From Candidatus Bathyarchaeota archaeon (GTDB lineage: Archaea > Thermoproteota > Bathyarchaeia > Bathyarchaeales > Bathycorpusculaceae): DNA of 64,000 nt. Location: NCBI GenBank assembly GCA_963827165.1, contig CAWGZR010000005.1:224001-288000 (forward strand). The letters run 5' to 3'. The position numbers and the translations under genes are program-made. The notes beneath the pieces were generated by a model, which worked only from the letters and a program-made list of their open reading frames with translations, ran no database searches and was not told the origin of the DNA. Positions 30,353-39,986 of this stretch are shown one piece after another (the first letter of the stretch is position 1; the number at the start of each line of letters is the position of its first letter).

Positions 30353-31726
30353 ACGGAGAAGTTTGACGTTATAGTTATTGGCTCAGGATCTGGCATGCTT
30401 ATTGCTTCAGCGGCTGTTGACCAGGGGTTGAGAGTCGCCTTGGTTGAACATGGAAAAATGGGAGGCACATGCATAAACGTGGGTTGTGTACCCTCTAAAA
30501 TGCTGATTTACCCAACAGACCTCATCGCCGCAGTCCGCGAGTCAGGAAAACTCGGAGTCCATGCAACTGTGGATACGGTTGATTTTAGCAACATCATGGG
30601 CAGAATGCATGCACTTGTCAACGAGGACTCTGGGCATCAAGCTTTAGCAGTGGAAGCTGAGCATAACATGGTTTGGTTTAAGGAAACAGGAGAATTTATC
30701 GCCGATTACACCATGCAGATCGGTCAGCACACGATTACAGCACCAAAAATCTTCATTGTTTCAGGAACACGCCACGGGTTGCCGCCAATCAAAGGCATCG
30801 ACAAAATCGGTTACTTAACCAGCGATACGGTACTTCAACTGCAAAAGCCGCCCGCAAGCTTACTGATCGTTGGCGGAGGCTACATCGGCATGGAATACGG
30901 CCACTTCTTCTCAGGAATTGGAACAAAAACCACTGTACTTCAAAGACCCAGCCGTGTGCTGCCAGATGAGGAACCCGAAATCGGCGAGTTGCTTCTAAAG
31001 GAGATGCAGAAACGCATGGAAATATACACAGGCATTGAGGTTTTAGAGGCCAGACAAGAAGGAGAAACCAAAACGCTTGTCGCCCAAAACCGTCAAGATG
31101 GAAATCAAAAGGAATTCAGCGCTCAATCAGTGCTTATCGCCACGGGCAGAGTGTCAAACGCTGACGTTTTGAAACCTGAAAAAACAGGCGTCCAGCTCGA
31201 TGAGAAAAATTACATCAAAGTTAACGAGTTTCTCGAAACTAGCAAAAAGAACATTTGGGCTTTCGGCGACGCCATAGGCAAACACATGTTCAAGCATGTT
31301 GCTAACCACGAGGCAGGAGTAGTTTGGCACAACTCCATTCATGACCATAAGGTTCCTATGGATTTCTCAGCGGCGCCTCATGCAGTCTTTACCCATCCGC
31401 AAGTTGCCTCCGTCGGCTTAAAAGAAGCAGAAGCAAAATTGAAGAACCACAAGATCCTCGTCGGAACAGCGTTTTACCGTGATACAGCAATGGGTGCAGC
31501 CATGGGCTTTCCTGAAGGCTTTGTGAAAGTTATTATTGAAGCTGAATCGGGCAAAATCCTCGGCGGACACATCATTGGCCCCGAAGCAGCTATTCTAATT
31601 CAAGAAATCATTAACGCGATGGTCTCCGAAACTGGAACTTACGCTCCAATCGCTCAAGGTATGCATATTCATCCTGCCCTGTCAGAAGTGGTTCAAAACG
31701 CATTCGGAAACCTTAAACTATCATAG
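30353..31726 (+). CDS. Pyridine nucleotide-disulfide oxidoreductase (dihydrolipoamide dehydrogenase/mycothione reductase-like)
   Basis: FDVIVIGSGSG, GGTCINVGCVPSK, VGGGYIG.E, HIHPALSE; expected start position carries ACG. Confidence 0.9.
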   Translation, partial: TEKFDVIVIGSGSGMLIASAAVDQGLRVALVEHGKMGGTCINVGCVPSKMLIYPTDLIAAVRESGKLGVHATVDTVDFSNIMGRMHALVNEDSGHQALAVEAEHNMVWFKETGEFIADYTMQIGQHTITAPKIFIVSGTRHGLPPIKGIDKIGYLTSDTVLQLQKPPASLLIVGGGYIGMEYGHFFSGIGTKTTVLQRPSRVLPDEEPEIGELLLKEMQKRMEIYTGIEVLEARQEGETKTLVAQNRQDGNQKEFSAQSVLIATGRVSNADVLKPEKTGVQLDEKNYIKVNEFLETSKKNIWAFGDAIGKHMFKHVANHEAGVVWHNSIHDHKVPMDFSAAPHAVFTHPQVASVGLKEAEAKLKNHKILVGTAFYRDTAMGAAMGFPEGFVKVIIEAESGKILGGHIIGPEAAILIQEIINAMVSETGTYAPIAQGMHIHPALSEVVQNAFGNLKLS

Positions 31727-31805
31727 GTCTCCTACCACCCCCCATTTTTGTAAATCTAAAAAGTTATATTGTCCCGCAAGAATCTCTTCTAGGAGTTGTT
31801 TTGTT

Positions 31806-32090
31806 ATGAATATTTCTAAGGTTGCTGGCAAGAACAATAAACATAAGGTTTTCATCTACGCACTGAGCACATGCGTCTGGTGCAAGATGACTAAGCAGTA
31901 CCTAAACGAGAACGACATCGAATATGAATATGTGGATGTGGATTTAGCCGACGAAAAAGACAAACAGAAAATTCATGAGACAATCCAGAGCAAAGGCGGC
32001 ATGCTAAGCTACCCAACCACGATTGTGGATGACAAGGTTGTGATTACGGGTTTCCGCAAAGACAAACTCAAGGAGGCATTAGAAACTTGA
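31806..32090 (+). CDS. Glutaredoxin/NrdH-like redoxin
   Basis: STCVWC, SYPT, ITGF. Confidence 0.9.
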   Translation: MNISKVAGKNNKHKVFIYALSTCVWCKMTKQYLNENDIEYEYVDVDLADEKDKQKIHETIQSKGGMLSYPTTIVDDKVVITGFRKDKLKEALET

Positions 32091-32656
32091 TCACTCTAGA
32101 TCAAGTACGCAGGAGAGCCGAAGCAGATGCTAAAACCTATGGTTACTACCTTACTCCTCAACCCGATTTGCTGCAAGGATTCCTCGAAGGATTGAAAACA
32201 AACGAGGAACGATATGGGTACCCACTTTGCCCGTGCAGGCTCACCTCAGGCAACTTTGAGTATGACCGCGACATTATCTGTCCATGCGACTACCGCGACC
32301 CAGACGTAGCCCAATATGGCGCTTGCTACTGCCGACTTTACGTTAACAAACAAGTGTATGAAAGCCAAAACCTACCCGAAGTCCCTGAGCGCAGACCTCC
32401 TGAAAAGATGGCAAGAGCCTACGGAACCCAAGCAGACACAACCAAATCAGCATCATCATTAGGGATGCAAGAGAAACCGCCGACGGCAGCATCAGCAGAA
32501 TCGAAACCTCAGATGACAGTTAAGAAGAAGCTTTGGTATTGCAAGCAATGCGGCTACGTTGTTTTCCGCGAGGATCCACCATATGTCTGCCCGATATGCA
32601 AGGCGAAAAGGGAATTGTTCGCTGAGATTGATAGTTCAGTCGATTTCAACGGTTGA
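32087..32656 (+). CDS. Ferredoxin:thioredoxin reductase catalytic domain fused to rubredoxin-like domain
   Basis: CPCR, CPCD, CYC plus C-terminal CKQCG...CPIC. Confidence 0.92.
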   Translation: MITLDQVRRRAEADAKTYGYYLTPQPDLLQGFLEGLKTNEERYGYPLCPCRLTSGNFEYDRDIICPCDYRDPDVAQYGACYCRLYVNKQVYESQNLPEVPERRPPEKMARAYGTQADTTKSASSLGMQEKPPTAASAESKPQMTVKKKLWYCKQCGYVVFREDPPYVCPICKAKRELFAEIDSSVDFNG

Positions 32657-32872
32657 TCTATTTCTTAATTTCTATCTCAATTTTTTCCCAGTCAGCCTTT
32701 ATTCCACGCAGCGAAGTTACCGCGCCAATTATTGTTCCGCTCATAATTTTTTCAACGAACTCGTTTAGGGGTATTTCTTTTCCGTCAACTTTCAGTTTTA
32801 AACTCAAGTCGTTTGCACCTGCCTATTGCTAATTGAATTTAGGATGTAAAAGGTTTTTCGAGAAGTAAAGCC

Positions 32873-33430
32873 TTAGAGTCTTGGTGTTGACGGTCTTATG
32901 GTTACCCTGAGCTTGGTCAGGTTTTCTTTTATCTCTGCCTTGACACCCATGGCTGAAAAGTACTCTTCGAGAAATATCTTAATGAACTCTTTTGAAACCT
33001 CGGAAACCAATACAAGCGTGTAATCGTTTGGGGCGTTTTTTGTGAGACGGTAAAAGTTGCAGACTTCAAGGCGGGTCAGCATTTCTTCGGGTGAACGAAC
33101 CTTTGTTTTAAGCTGTTCCCAGTGAGCTCTGGCTACCTCTTTATGTGCGTTCCAGAACTTCTCTTTTTCAGGCGATGAATTAATCAGGTTTAGGAACATC
33201 AGCCAGTGGTCGACATCAAGGATTACGTGTTCTCCGCCAAGAAGCATGTCCATGTAGCCGTGGATTTTTTTCTTTACAGCTGGATCTTCTAGAGCCATGT
33301 TGTCGTTATAGAATTTGAGGGCGCGCCGCATGACTTCGCTCTGTGAGACTTCGGCTTCTTTGCTTATTTTTTCCAGCAGGTCTGCGGTTGTTTTGTCAAA
33401 GGCGACTGTTACTCTTGTAGGATTAACCAT
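32873..33430 (-). CDS. Ribbon-helix-helix (CopG) regulator with C-terminal domain
   Basis: RVTVAFD...LEKIS...SQSEVMRRALKFY. Confidence 0.8.
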   Translation of the reverse strand: MVNPTRVTVAFDKTTADLLEKISKEAEVSQSEVMRRALKFYNDNMALEDPAVKKKIHGYMDMLLGGEHVILDVDHWLMFLNLINSSPEKEKFWNAHKEVARAHWEQLKTKVRSPEEMLTRLEVCNFYRLTKNAPNDYTLVLVSEVSKEFIKIFLEEYFSAMGVKAEIKENLTKLRVTIRPSTPRL

Positions 33431-33643
33431 GGTTTTCACTTCAAGTGAATTTACATATTTTCAGATTATCAGAAATCATATAAACATTGCGCCGGCGCAG
33501 CTGATCATAACTCGTCAAATTGAGAGAATTATAACCTATTACTAAACAAATGTTAAAACGATAAATGTTTTCGCGGTCAAAAATCTTTTATTGCCGCCAC
33601 TGCTTAACTTCATAATGCCGATTCTCATATAAGAGGCTTGAAA

Positions 33644-34303
33644 ATGAAGAAACCAGAAGTTTACCTTGACCCCAAAGAACGTGTCGCAAAGATAATTGAA
33701 CTGCTTGAAAAGCAGTATCCCGACGCAAAAACGGCTCTTAACTACTCCAACCCACTTGAAATGCTGGTAGCCACCATGCTATCCGCCCAGACAACCGATT
33801 TACAAGTCAACACCGTCACCAAAAACCTATTCAAAAAATATCACAAGCCTGAGGATTATGCGAATGCGGACATAAAAGAATTAGAGCAAGACGTTCGCTC
33901 AACAGGCTTCTACCATAACAAAGCCAGAAACTTGCAGAATTGCTGTCGAATGTTAGTGGAGAAATTTCATTCACAGGTGCCAAGAACTATGGAAGAGCTG
34001 GTGGAGCTGCCCGGGGTGGCTAGAAAAACAGCCAACATCGTCTTAAACAACTCTTACGGGATAGTTGCTGGTGTTGCAGTTGACACTCATGTCCACAGGC
34101 TTTCGCAGCGACTCGGATTAACTGAAAATGACGATGCTGCAAAAATAGAACAGGACCTAATGAAAATTACACCGAAAGAGAAATGGATGAAACTCACTGA
34201 CCAGCTGATTTTCCATGGACGGCAAGTCTGTACAGCAAAAAAACCCAAATGCGAAGTATGCGTTCTCAACAAAATCTGTCCATGCGCTTTTTCCTTCGAC
34301 TAA
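33644..34303 (+). CDS. nth: Endonuclease III
   Basis: LSAQTTD, LPGVARKTAN HhH, VDTHV, C-x6-C-x2-C-x5-C. Confidence 0.96.
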   Translation: MKKPEVYLDPKERVAKIIELLEKQYPDAKTALNYSNPLEMLVATMLSAQTTDLQVNTVTKNLFKKYHKPEDYANADIKELEQDVRSTGFYHNKARNLQNCCRMLVEKFHSQVPRTMEELVELPGVARKTANIVLNNSYGIVAGVAVDTHVHRLSQRLGLTENDDAAKIEQDLMKITPKEKWMKLTDQLIFHGRQVCTAKKPKCEVCVLNKICPCAFSFD

Positions 34304-34360
34304 AAAACGTCACGCATTTATACGCCTTCACATTTCCATAGAATATTGGACCTGAATTTT

Positions 34361-34840
34361 ATGGATACCAAAGTTAAAGTTGGAGACAAAGCAACTGATT
34401 TTACGCTTCCTGACATTAATTTGAAGCAGAGAAGCCTTAAGGAGTTTTTGGGACAAAAAATCGTCTTGGCTTTTTTCGTTGGAGCCTTCACCGTGACCTG
34501 CACAAAGGAGATGTGCGAGTTTCGGGATTCAATGGCCCGGCTTACTGACTTAAAAGCGCAAGTCATAGGAATAAGCGTCAATGACCCATTCAGCAACAAA
34601 GCTTTCTCGGAAAAAAACAGGTTGCCTTTCCCAGTGCTGAGCGACTACAATCGTAATGTCGTCAAAGCCTACGGGTTGGAGCTGCTTGATTTCTCGGGGC
34701 TGAAAGGGTACACTGTTGCGAAACGCTCAATATTTATCTTGGATATGAACGGCATTGTCAGGTACGTTTGGGTCTCAGACAATCCAGCACTTGAGCCGAA
34801 CTACGTGGAGATTCAGAAAGCGTTGGAACAAATCATGTAA
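34361..34840 (+). CDS. Peroxiredoxin (Bcp/AhpC-TSA family)
   Basis: AFT.TCTKEMC, GISVND, FPVLSD, AKRSIF. Confidence 0.9.
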   Translation: MDTKVKVGDKATDFTLPDINLKQRSLKEFLGQKIVLAFFVGAFTVTCTKEMCEFRDSMARLTDLKAQVIGISVNDPFSNKAFSEKNRLPFPVLSDYNRNVVKAYGLELLDFSGLKGYTVAKRSIFILDMNGIVRYVWVSDNPALEPNYVEIQKALEQIM

Positions 34841-34879
34841 ACGCAGATTTATCTTCATAAGCACCGGGTAGAAAAATCG

Positions 34880-35200
34880 ACCCTGTCAGCCCATCCAGCA
34901 AATGCCTAAAACAAAATCAAACACTTAACCTACGGGACAAGTCAACGAAGCTTTCACTAACAAAGATAGTTTTTTCATCTTCTGATGTTTTCTTTGCGAT
35001 TACTATGGCTATTAAGGAAACATCGATGCCTGTAATTCATAACCGTTCTCGACAAGGTAAATAGGATTCCTTTCCGGCGCCGCAATATGCGTCGAGCGCC
35101 TCGTCTTTGGTAAAAGCATGGTTTCTATATATTCAACCAGCATCGGTGGTTTGCCAGCTTCCAACCCAAATTTTCAAGTGGATAACTACGGCATTAGTCC
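34880..35200 (-). pseudogene. Decayed class I SAM-dependent methyltransferase remnant
   Basis: Broken frames give ALDAYCGAGK, IYLVENGY, ITGIDVS.IAI.IAKK, ESFVDL, FDFV in order. Confidence 0.55.
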
Positions 35201-35299
35201 CCCCCGCCTGGAATAGTCAGAACCCAAAAGAACCACCAATCTGTCATGATTTGGAAAGAATTTTGACTTATTTGAAAAGAAATTTGCGACTTCTTTTTA

Positions 35300-35725
35300 C
35301 TATGCCAAATGGCGGTGTTCAACCATCAAGCATTTATCCATCACGACAATCAAACCCGCGCGTCTACCAGCTTCAGCAGCCTCCTCATTGGTTATTCCAA
35401 GCTGCATCCAAACCACCGCGGGTTTGCCGTTTTTCTGTTTCAGCTCGATGGCTTGTTCCATTATCGGGGGCACATCCACGGCTGGTCTAAAGATATCGAC
35501 AATTTCGATGGTTTTCTGGATTTCAGGTGGGATATCAAGTAGGCTGGGGTAGCTTTTTTCACCAAGAACCTCGTCCGCAAATGGGTTGACGGGTATGATT
35601 TGGTACCCATGCTGTTTTAGGTACGCGCTGACTCTGTGGCTGTCTTTACCAAGTCCTTTCGATAAGCCGACAACTGCGATTACCTTGTATTTCCGCAGGA
35701 TTTCTTTAATTGTGTTTTGACTCAA
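35300..35725 (-). CDS. CoA-binding protein (YccU-like)
   Basis: IAVVGLS, IIPVNP, VDIFR, VWMQLGI, VVMDKC. Confidence 0.92.
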   Translation of the reverse strand: MSQNTIKEILRKYKVIAVVGLSKGLGKDSHRVSAYLKQHGYQIIPVNPFADEVLGEKSYPSLLDIPPEIQKTIEIVDIFRPAVDVPPIMEQAIELKQKNGKPAVVWMQLGITNEEAAEAGRRAGLIVVMDKCLMVEHRHLA

Positions 35726-35753
35726 TCAATCACCCTCTTTTCTAACAAAGCCG

Positions 35754-36692
35754 CTATGGCATCTCGCTCAAGGTTAACTCAAAATAATGCTGCCTGCCGC
35801 TACGCACTGCAAGGATTCTGGCGACGTCGCCAGCTTTTTTCCCGTGAATCTCATCCACCAAATCTTCAATTCTGCGTGTCTCAGCACCACTTATTTCCAA
35901 GATGATGTCCCCTTCAGCCAATCCAGCGGATTTAGCAGGGCTACCCTCAGCGACTCTGGTCACCAAGACTCCGCGGTCTACTGGGAACCCGTAGTAATGC
36001 GCGATTTCCCTTGTGAGTGTTAAACCGACTATTCCAAGCCACGGTTTTTTGCCGGTGCCTCCAACCTTGATTTCGTCAGCACATATCTTGGCAGAGTTAA
36101 CGGGGATGGCGAAACCGATACCTTGTGCAAACGGGATAATCGCTGTGTTTATAGCGATCACGCTGCCTGCAACGTCGACAAGTGGTCCGCCACTGTTTCC
36201 AGGGTTAATTGATGCGTCAGTTTGAACAAGGTTCTCAATCAAACCACTTTCAGACTCTATTGTCCTGTTGATGGCGCTGATAACTCCGGAGGTCACGCTT
36301 GGACCACCTGCCAAGCCGAAGGGGTTACCTATGGCGTATACTCTCTGCCCAACTCTTATTTTATCTGAGTCACCAAGCTCGGCAGCTTGAAGGTCTCGCC
36401 CTTGTCCATCGATCTTTACCACGGCTATGTCGTGGACGACGCATGAACCCACTATTGTGCCTTCCAAAACTTCGTTAGTGCCCAATGTCACGTTGATTTT
36501 TTGAGCGCCGCCTACCACGTGATTGTTAGTTAAGATTAGTCCCGCCGAATCAATTATGGTGCCTGAACCTGTTCCAGCAACCGGCACTGCTTGGTAGAAA
36601 ATATTGTGGACCAGCTTAATTGTGCTTATGTTTACTGCGGTTTTGCTTACCTTTGCGATCGTATCTAAAATTTTGTCTTCGTTGTAGGACAT
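35754..36692 (-). CDS. HtrA/DegP-like serine protease with PDZ domain, no signal peptide
   Basis: LTNNHVV, DIAV, QTDASINPGNSGGPL, C-terminal PDZ. Confidence 0.93.
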   Translation of the reverse strand: MSYNEDKILDTIAKVSKTAVNISTIKLVHNIFYQAVPVAGTGSGTIIDSAGLILTNNHVVGGAQKINVTLGTNEVLEGTIVGSCVVHDIAVVKIDGQGRDLQAAELGDSDKIRVGQRVYAIGNPFGLAGGPSVTSGVISAINRTIESESGLIENLVQTDASINPGNSGGPLVDVAGSVIAINTAIIPFAQGIGFAIPVNSAKICADEIKVGGTGKKPWLGIVGLTLTREIAHYYGFPVDRGVLVTRVAEGSPAKSAGLAEGDIILEISGAETRRIEDLVDEIHGKKAGDVARILAVRSGRQHYFELTLSEMP

Positions 36693-36748
36693 CTTAGTCC
36701 CTCAAAATCAAGGGGGCACCGTTTTTAATAAATATTGATTGGACCAAA

Positions 36749-37138
36749 TTAGCGGCAGAACAAACAGTTTTCGGCCCACTGCTTTGGCATTTCTTTTTGG
36801 CAGTGAGGGCACATTAACCCTTTTTTCCTGATAGTTTGGCATGTTTGGCAGAAGAGACGGAGGACTTCAGATTTGTTATTCGGCTCCTTTATCAAAACGG
36901 CAACCATCTGATTTATTAGAGAAAAAATCTCAGTTGAGTTCTCCAATGCTAGTAGTGTGTTTCCTCTTTCTTTGTTTATGTATCTGCTGACAGCTGATTG
37001 GGATAGCCCTAAAAGTTCGGCTGTTTGTTGTTCGTTTAGCCCGCGGTTTGTTACGATTTCTCTGGCCATTGCGGCTTTAACTGAAGGCAAAACGGTCTTT
37101 ACTCCTACCTCGCACGGAAGTATCAAGTTTGGCACCAA
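36749..37138 (-). CDS. HTH transcriptional regulator with Cys-rich C-terminus
   Basis: LPCE...AELLGLSQSAVSRY...RG; CQTC, CPHC, CLFC. Confidence 0.85.
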   Translation of the reverse strand: MVPNLILPCEVGVKTVLPSVKAAMAREIVTNRGLNEQQTAELLGLSQSAVSRYINKERGNTLLALENSTEIFSLINQMVAVLIKEPNNKSEVLRLFCQTCQTIRKKGLMCPHCQKEMPKQWAENCLFCR

Positions 37139-37171
37139 TTAGGGTTATTTTTGGGGAAAAGTTATTTAAAC

Positions 37172-37204
37172 ATGACGCTTGTCATATGTTATGACGCGTG
37201 TCAT
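37172..37204. promoter_or_regulatory. Tandem palindromic operator ATGAC-N4-GTCAT x2 next to TATA box
   Basis: ATGACgcttGTCAT (37172-37185) and ATGACgcgtGTCAT (37191-37204) beside TTATTTAAA, between divergent regulators. Confidence 0.7.
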
Positions 37205-37307
37205 GATGGGCTATCAAATCGCAAAAAAACAGTTTTCAAATCCAATTTTCTACGCCTTACCCTGTCATTTCACACAGTCAACATATTTGAATAGGAGAAA
37301 AAAATAA

Positions 37308-38258
37308 ATGGGCAATGTCCTAACTCCCACCAGAAAAGTGGAAACCAGCACGCAAGACCTCTCGGGTATGCTAAAAACTCTTGACGCAGAATGCAGAAAC
37401 TGCGCTCCAATATCGCCATTAGAATGCATAAACCGGTGTCAAGTGTATAAACTAAAAAATGAGTTAAGAAAACTTCGCGAAACAATGGATAACCCCAATT
37501 ACATAAAAGAACTTTTCAACGTTCTAAAAAATGAGACAAGACTTCATATCCTTCAAGCAATCGTAAACGGCAGATATTCAGTGAGTCAACTGCAACAGGA
37601 ACTCAAGAAAACTGGGCATACTCACAGCCAAGACACAATAAATGAAGAGTACCTGCAGCCGTTGATGGCGGTGGGGCTTGCTACAGAAGCACGGGAAGAA
37701 TACTACGCAACCAACTTCGGAGGCAGACTAACCGAACTCCTTGAAAACTTCCCAGAATTCGCCGAAATGCTTCCTGCACACTCAGAATGCTACGAAGAAA
37801 TACTTCTACAGTCATTACTTTCTGGACCAAAAACCTTCGAAGACATCGAAGCGTTGATTTCCCCAAAGATCGCGTCTCGGATCCTTAAGAGACTGCGTTC
37901 CGTCGGCTTGATAGAAACCCCCGAGGAAAGAGACTACATCTTTTTCTTCAAATCGAAGCGGGATCCGGACAAGGAAACATTCTCAATCACTGAACGCAAA
38001 GTGTACGATTCAATCGTCAGCGAAGGGATTTCAGCTGGGAAACTTGCTAAGGAAACCGGGCTTTCCACAAGAAGAACCTACAAGTACCTGCGAGGATTAA
38101 AAGGCAAGAAACTAATCTTCCTCAGAAGGACACCTAAAGCTTACGGTTTAACCTGTAAAGGAGAAATGTTAGCTTCGGTGCTTCAGGAGCTTCAGAACAT
38201 AGTTGAAGACACCTGGAACTCATCTGGGCAAGTCATACAGGAAAACATTAACTCTTAG
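37308..38258 (+). CDS. Multi-winged-helix DNA-binding protein with N-terminal Cys cluster
   Basis: CRNC-x7-C-x3-C; ArsR-like VLKNETRLHIL; further HTHs (LKRLRSVGLI, LAKETGLSTRRTYKYL). Confidence 0.75.
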   Translation: MGNVLTPTRKVETSTQDLSGMLKTLDAECRNCAPISPLECINRCQVYKLKNELRKLRETMDNPNYIKELFNVLKNETRLHILQAIVNGRYSVSQLQQELKKTGHTHSQDTINEEYLQPLMAVGLATEAREEYYATNFGGRLTELLENFPEFAEMLPAHSECYEEILLQSLLSGPKTFEDIEALISPKIASRILKRLRSVGLIETPEERDYIFFFKSKRDPDKETFSITERKVYDSIVSEGISAGKLAKETGLSTRRTYKYLRGLKGKKLIFLRRTPKAYGLTCKGEMLASVLQELQNIVEDTWNSSGQVIQENINS

Positions 38259-38282
38259 AAGAAAACCCAAAATTTTCTTTTT

Positions 38283-38768
38283 TTATCCTCCGCCAGGGGC
38301 ACCGTGGAACGGAGCGTTTTCCCAGAGCAGTTTCCACCAGTCATCTTCTGTTATGGTTTCCCCGTGGATGATGATTTCCAGAACCATTTTGAGCATTTCG
38401 TGGTGTCTACGTTCGTCTGCTAGGATCGAGTTTAAGAGAAAAACAACTTTGCTGTTGTCGATGGTGGGGATCATTGTTTCAAGTTTCTTGATTAGTTGAG
38501 ATTCGATTTCTATGTGTTTTTCAACAAGTTTTCTTTGCTCATCTAAATTATCCTGCGTCAACGCTGTGGATGCTGAGGTGAGGAGGGTTACAGCCGACAT
38601 GTAAAGTTCGGCATGTTTTATAGAATCAAGAGAGACACCTTTGAGGACACCTTTAACAGCGGGATTCTTCATGGCAAGTAAAGGTTTCTCAAGGGAAGCC
38701 ACAATTTCTTTTTCCACTTTAATTTGGTTTTTCAAAAATTCAAGAAGATTATCCTTTGGTTTTTCCAT
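38283..38768 (-). CDS. Ferritin-like (rubrerythrin-fold) protein
   Basis: DSIKHA, HIEIE, DERRHH di-iron-type motifs. Confidence 0.75.
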   Translation of the reverse strand: MEKPKDNLLEFLKNQIKVEKEIVASLEKPLLAMKNPAVKGVLKGVSLDSIKHAELYMSAVTLLTSASTALTQDNLDEQRKLVEKHIEIESQLIKKLETMIPTIDNSKVVFLLNSILADERRHHEMLKMVLEIIIHGETITEDDWWKLLWENAPFHGAPGGG

Positions 38769-38791
38769 AAAACTACCCTACTCCCCTAATG

Positions 38792-39235
38792 TTAAGCCTT
38801 GCTCATCAAGTTTTCGGCAACTCTTTTCCCTAGATCTTTGCAGTCGCCAAGCGTCTTTTGGTCTGGCACATATTTTGCTAGCAGCGGCGATTCGCCTACT
38901 TGCATCTCAAACTTGAACTTCATGATTTCGACCAGAAGCTTTGGAGCTTCGCCAGTCCACCCGTAGGATCCAAAGGCGGCTCCAACCTTGCCCTTCAAGC
39001 TGATGCCTTTCGTGGCCGCTTCTTCGAAGAGGTTTTTGAATTCAACTGCCATTTCATGATGGTAAGTCGGCGTCCCAATGAGAACTGCGTCAAAGGTTAT
39101 CAGGTCCTCTGGTTCAACATGAAAGTTCAATTCCACCGTCACGTCATCGCTAATTTTTGCTCCTTCAGCGACGGCTTTGGCCATCTTTTCGGTGTTGCCT
39201 GTCCTGCTATAATATAAAACGAGAATATGCTTCAT
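38792..39235 (-). CDS. Flavodoxin
   Basis: YYSRTGNTEKMA, GTPTY, AFGSYGW. Confidence 0.9.
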   Translation of the reverse strand: MKHILVLYYSRTGNTEKMAKAVAEGAKISDDVTVELNFHVEPEDLITFDAVLIGTPTYHHEMAVEFKNLFEEAATKGISLKGKVGAAFGSYGWTGEAPKLLVEIMKFKFEMQVGESPLLAKYVPDQKTLGDCKDLGKRVAENLMSKA

Positions 39236-39348
39236 AAAACAAAATGTATATGGATACTATTTCAACATTTTGTCAACCATCAACTCTATAGTGCCCTTCA
39301 ACAAAAACAAAACTTCAGACACGAAGAACGTCCACTTTCTTCTTTGCT

Positions 39349-39500
39349 TTATCCACCTTTCCGCCCTAATTCCCTGATTCGTTCGGGGCCTCGTTCTTCC
39401 GCCACTTTCTCGCCGCACTTCCTGCTTATTTCCTAGTAAAACGCACTGCCTCTTTCATGCGAAACTTTTTCGCGCCCATTAACCAAGCTACTTCCCCCGC
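39349..39500 (-). pseudogene. Decayed KGG-repeat stress protein
   Basis: GREKVSHERGSAFY*EISRKCGEKVAEERGPERIRELGRKGG*; internal TAG at 39433-39435. Confidence 0.7.
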
Positions 39501-39659
39501 CATCGTACTCGTTTTCACGCCTCTAACCCTCAAAATGCATCCGCATCCATCACTCATTTGTCAAAAAAATGTCTCCGACCATACAAACAAAAATGTAAGT
39601 ACCTGAGCCTTGTAGTAAGACAAAAAAAACTCAGTTAAAGAAAGCAGGTTTTGATTAGG

Positions 39660-39950
39660 TTACTCGATTTTTCCTATTTCCTTTGTTATGTCGATAGGCG
39701 ACTTGTATGTTTTATTCGGCAGCTTGTTTAGCATTCCCATAACTTCCTTTGGAGCATCATTGCCAGTTGCTTTGTCTACCAGGGTCTTCTTTTCAGCGGG
39801 AAAATGAATGCCCGCGAGATATTTCTCTACGATTGCTGGGCTTACGTGACCCGTTTTTCCAGTGCTTGTATACTGTCTTCTTGTTCCTCTGCCTTGACCT
39901 ATCCCCATGCGCTTACTTGGTACGACATCTTGCTTACTCGTCGTTTTCAC
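39660..39950 (-). CDS. DUF2795-family protein
   Basis: VEKYLAGIHFPAEK..LV..A..NDAP.EV...L..LP.K.Y.SP.DI. Confidence 0.85.
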   Translation of the reverse strand: MKTTSKQDVVPSKRMGIGQGRGTRRQYTSTGKTGHVSPAIVEKYLAGIHFPAEKKTLVDKATGNDAPKEVMGMLNKLPNKTYKSPIDITKEIGKIE

Positions 39951-39986
39951 CTCCCTATTCTCAAACGAGTTACCCCGCAGAATACG

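Noticed and set aside
22161-39435. In-frame TAG codons (copA x2, polB2 stub, KGG relic) as pyrrolysine or amber recoding
   Set aside because: TAG ends many intact genes at their expected C-termini (cdc48, nadC, pcc1), the affected genes carry other lesions, and no pyl genes are in the window
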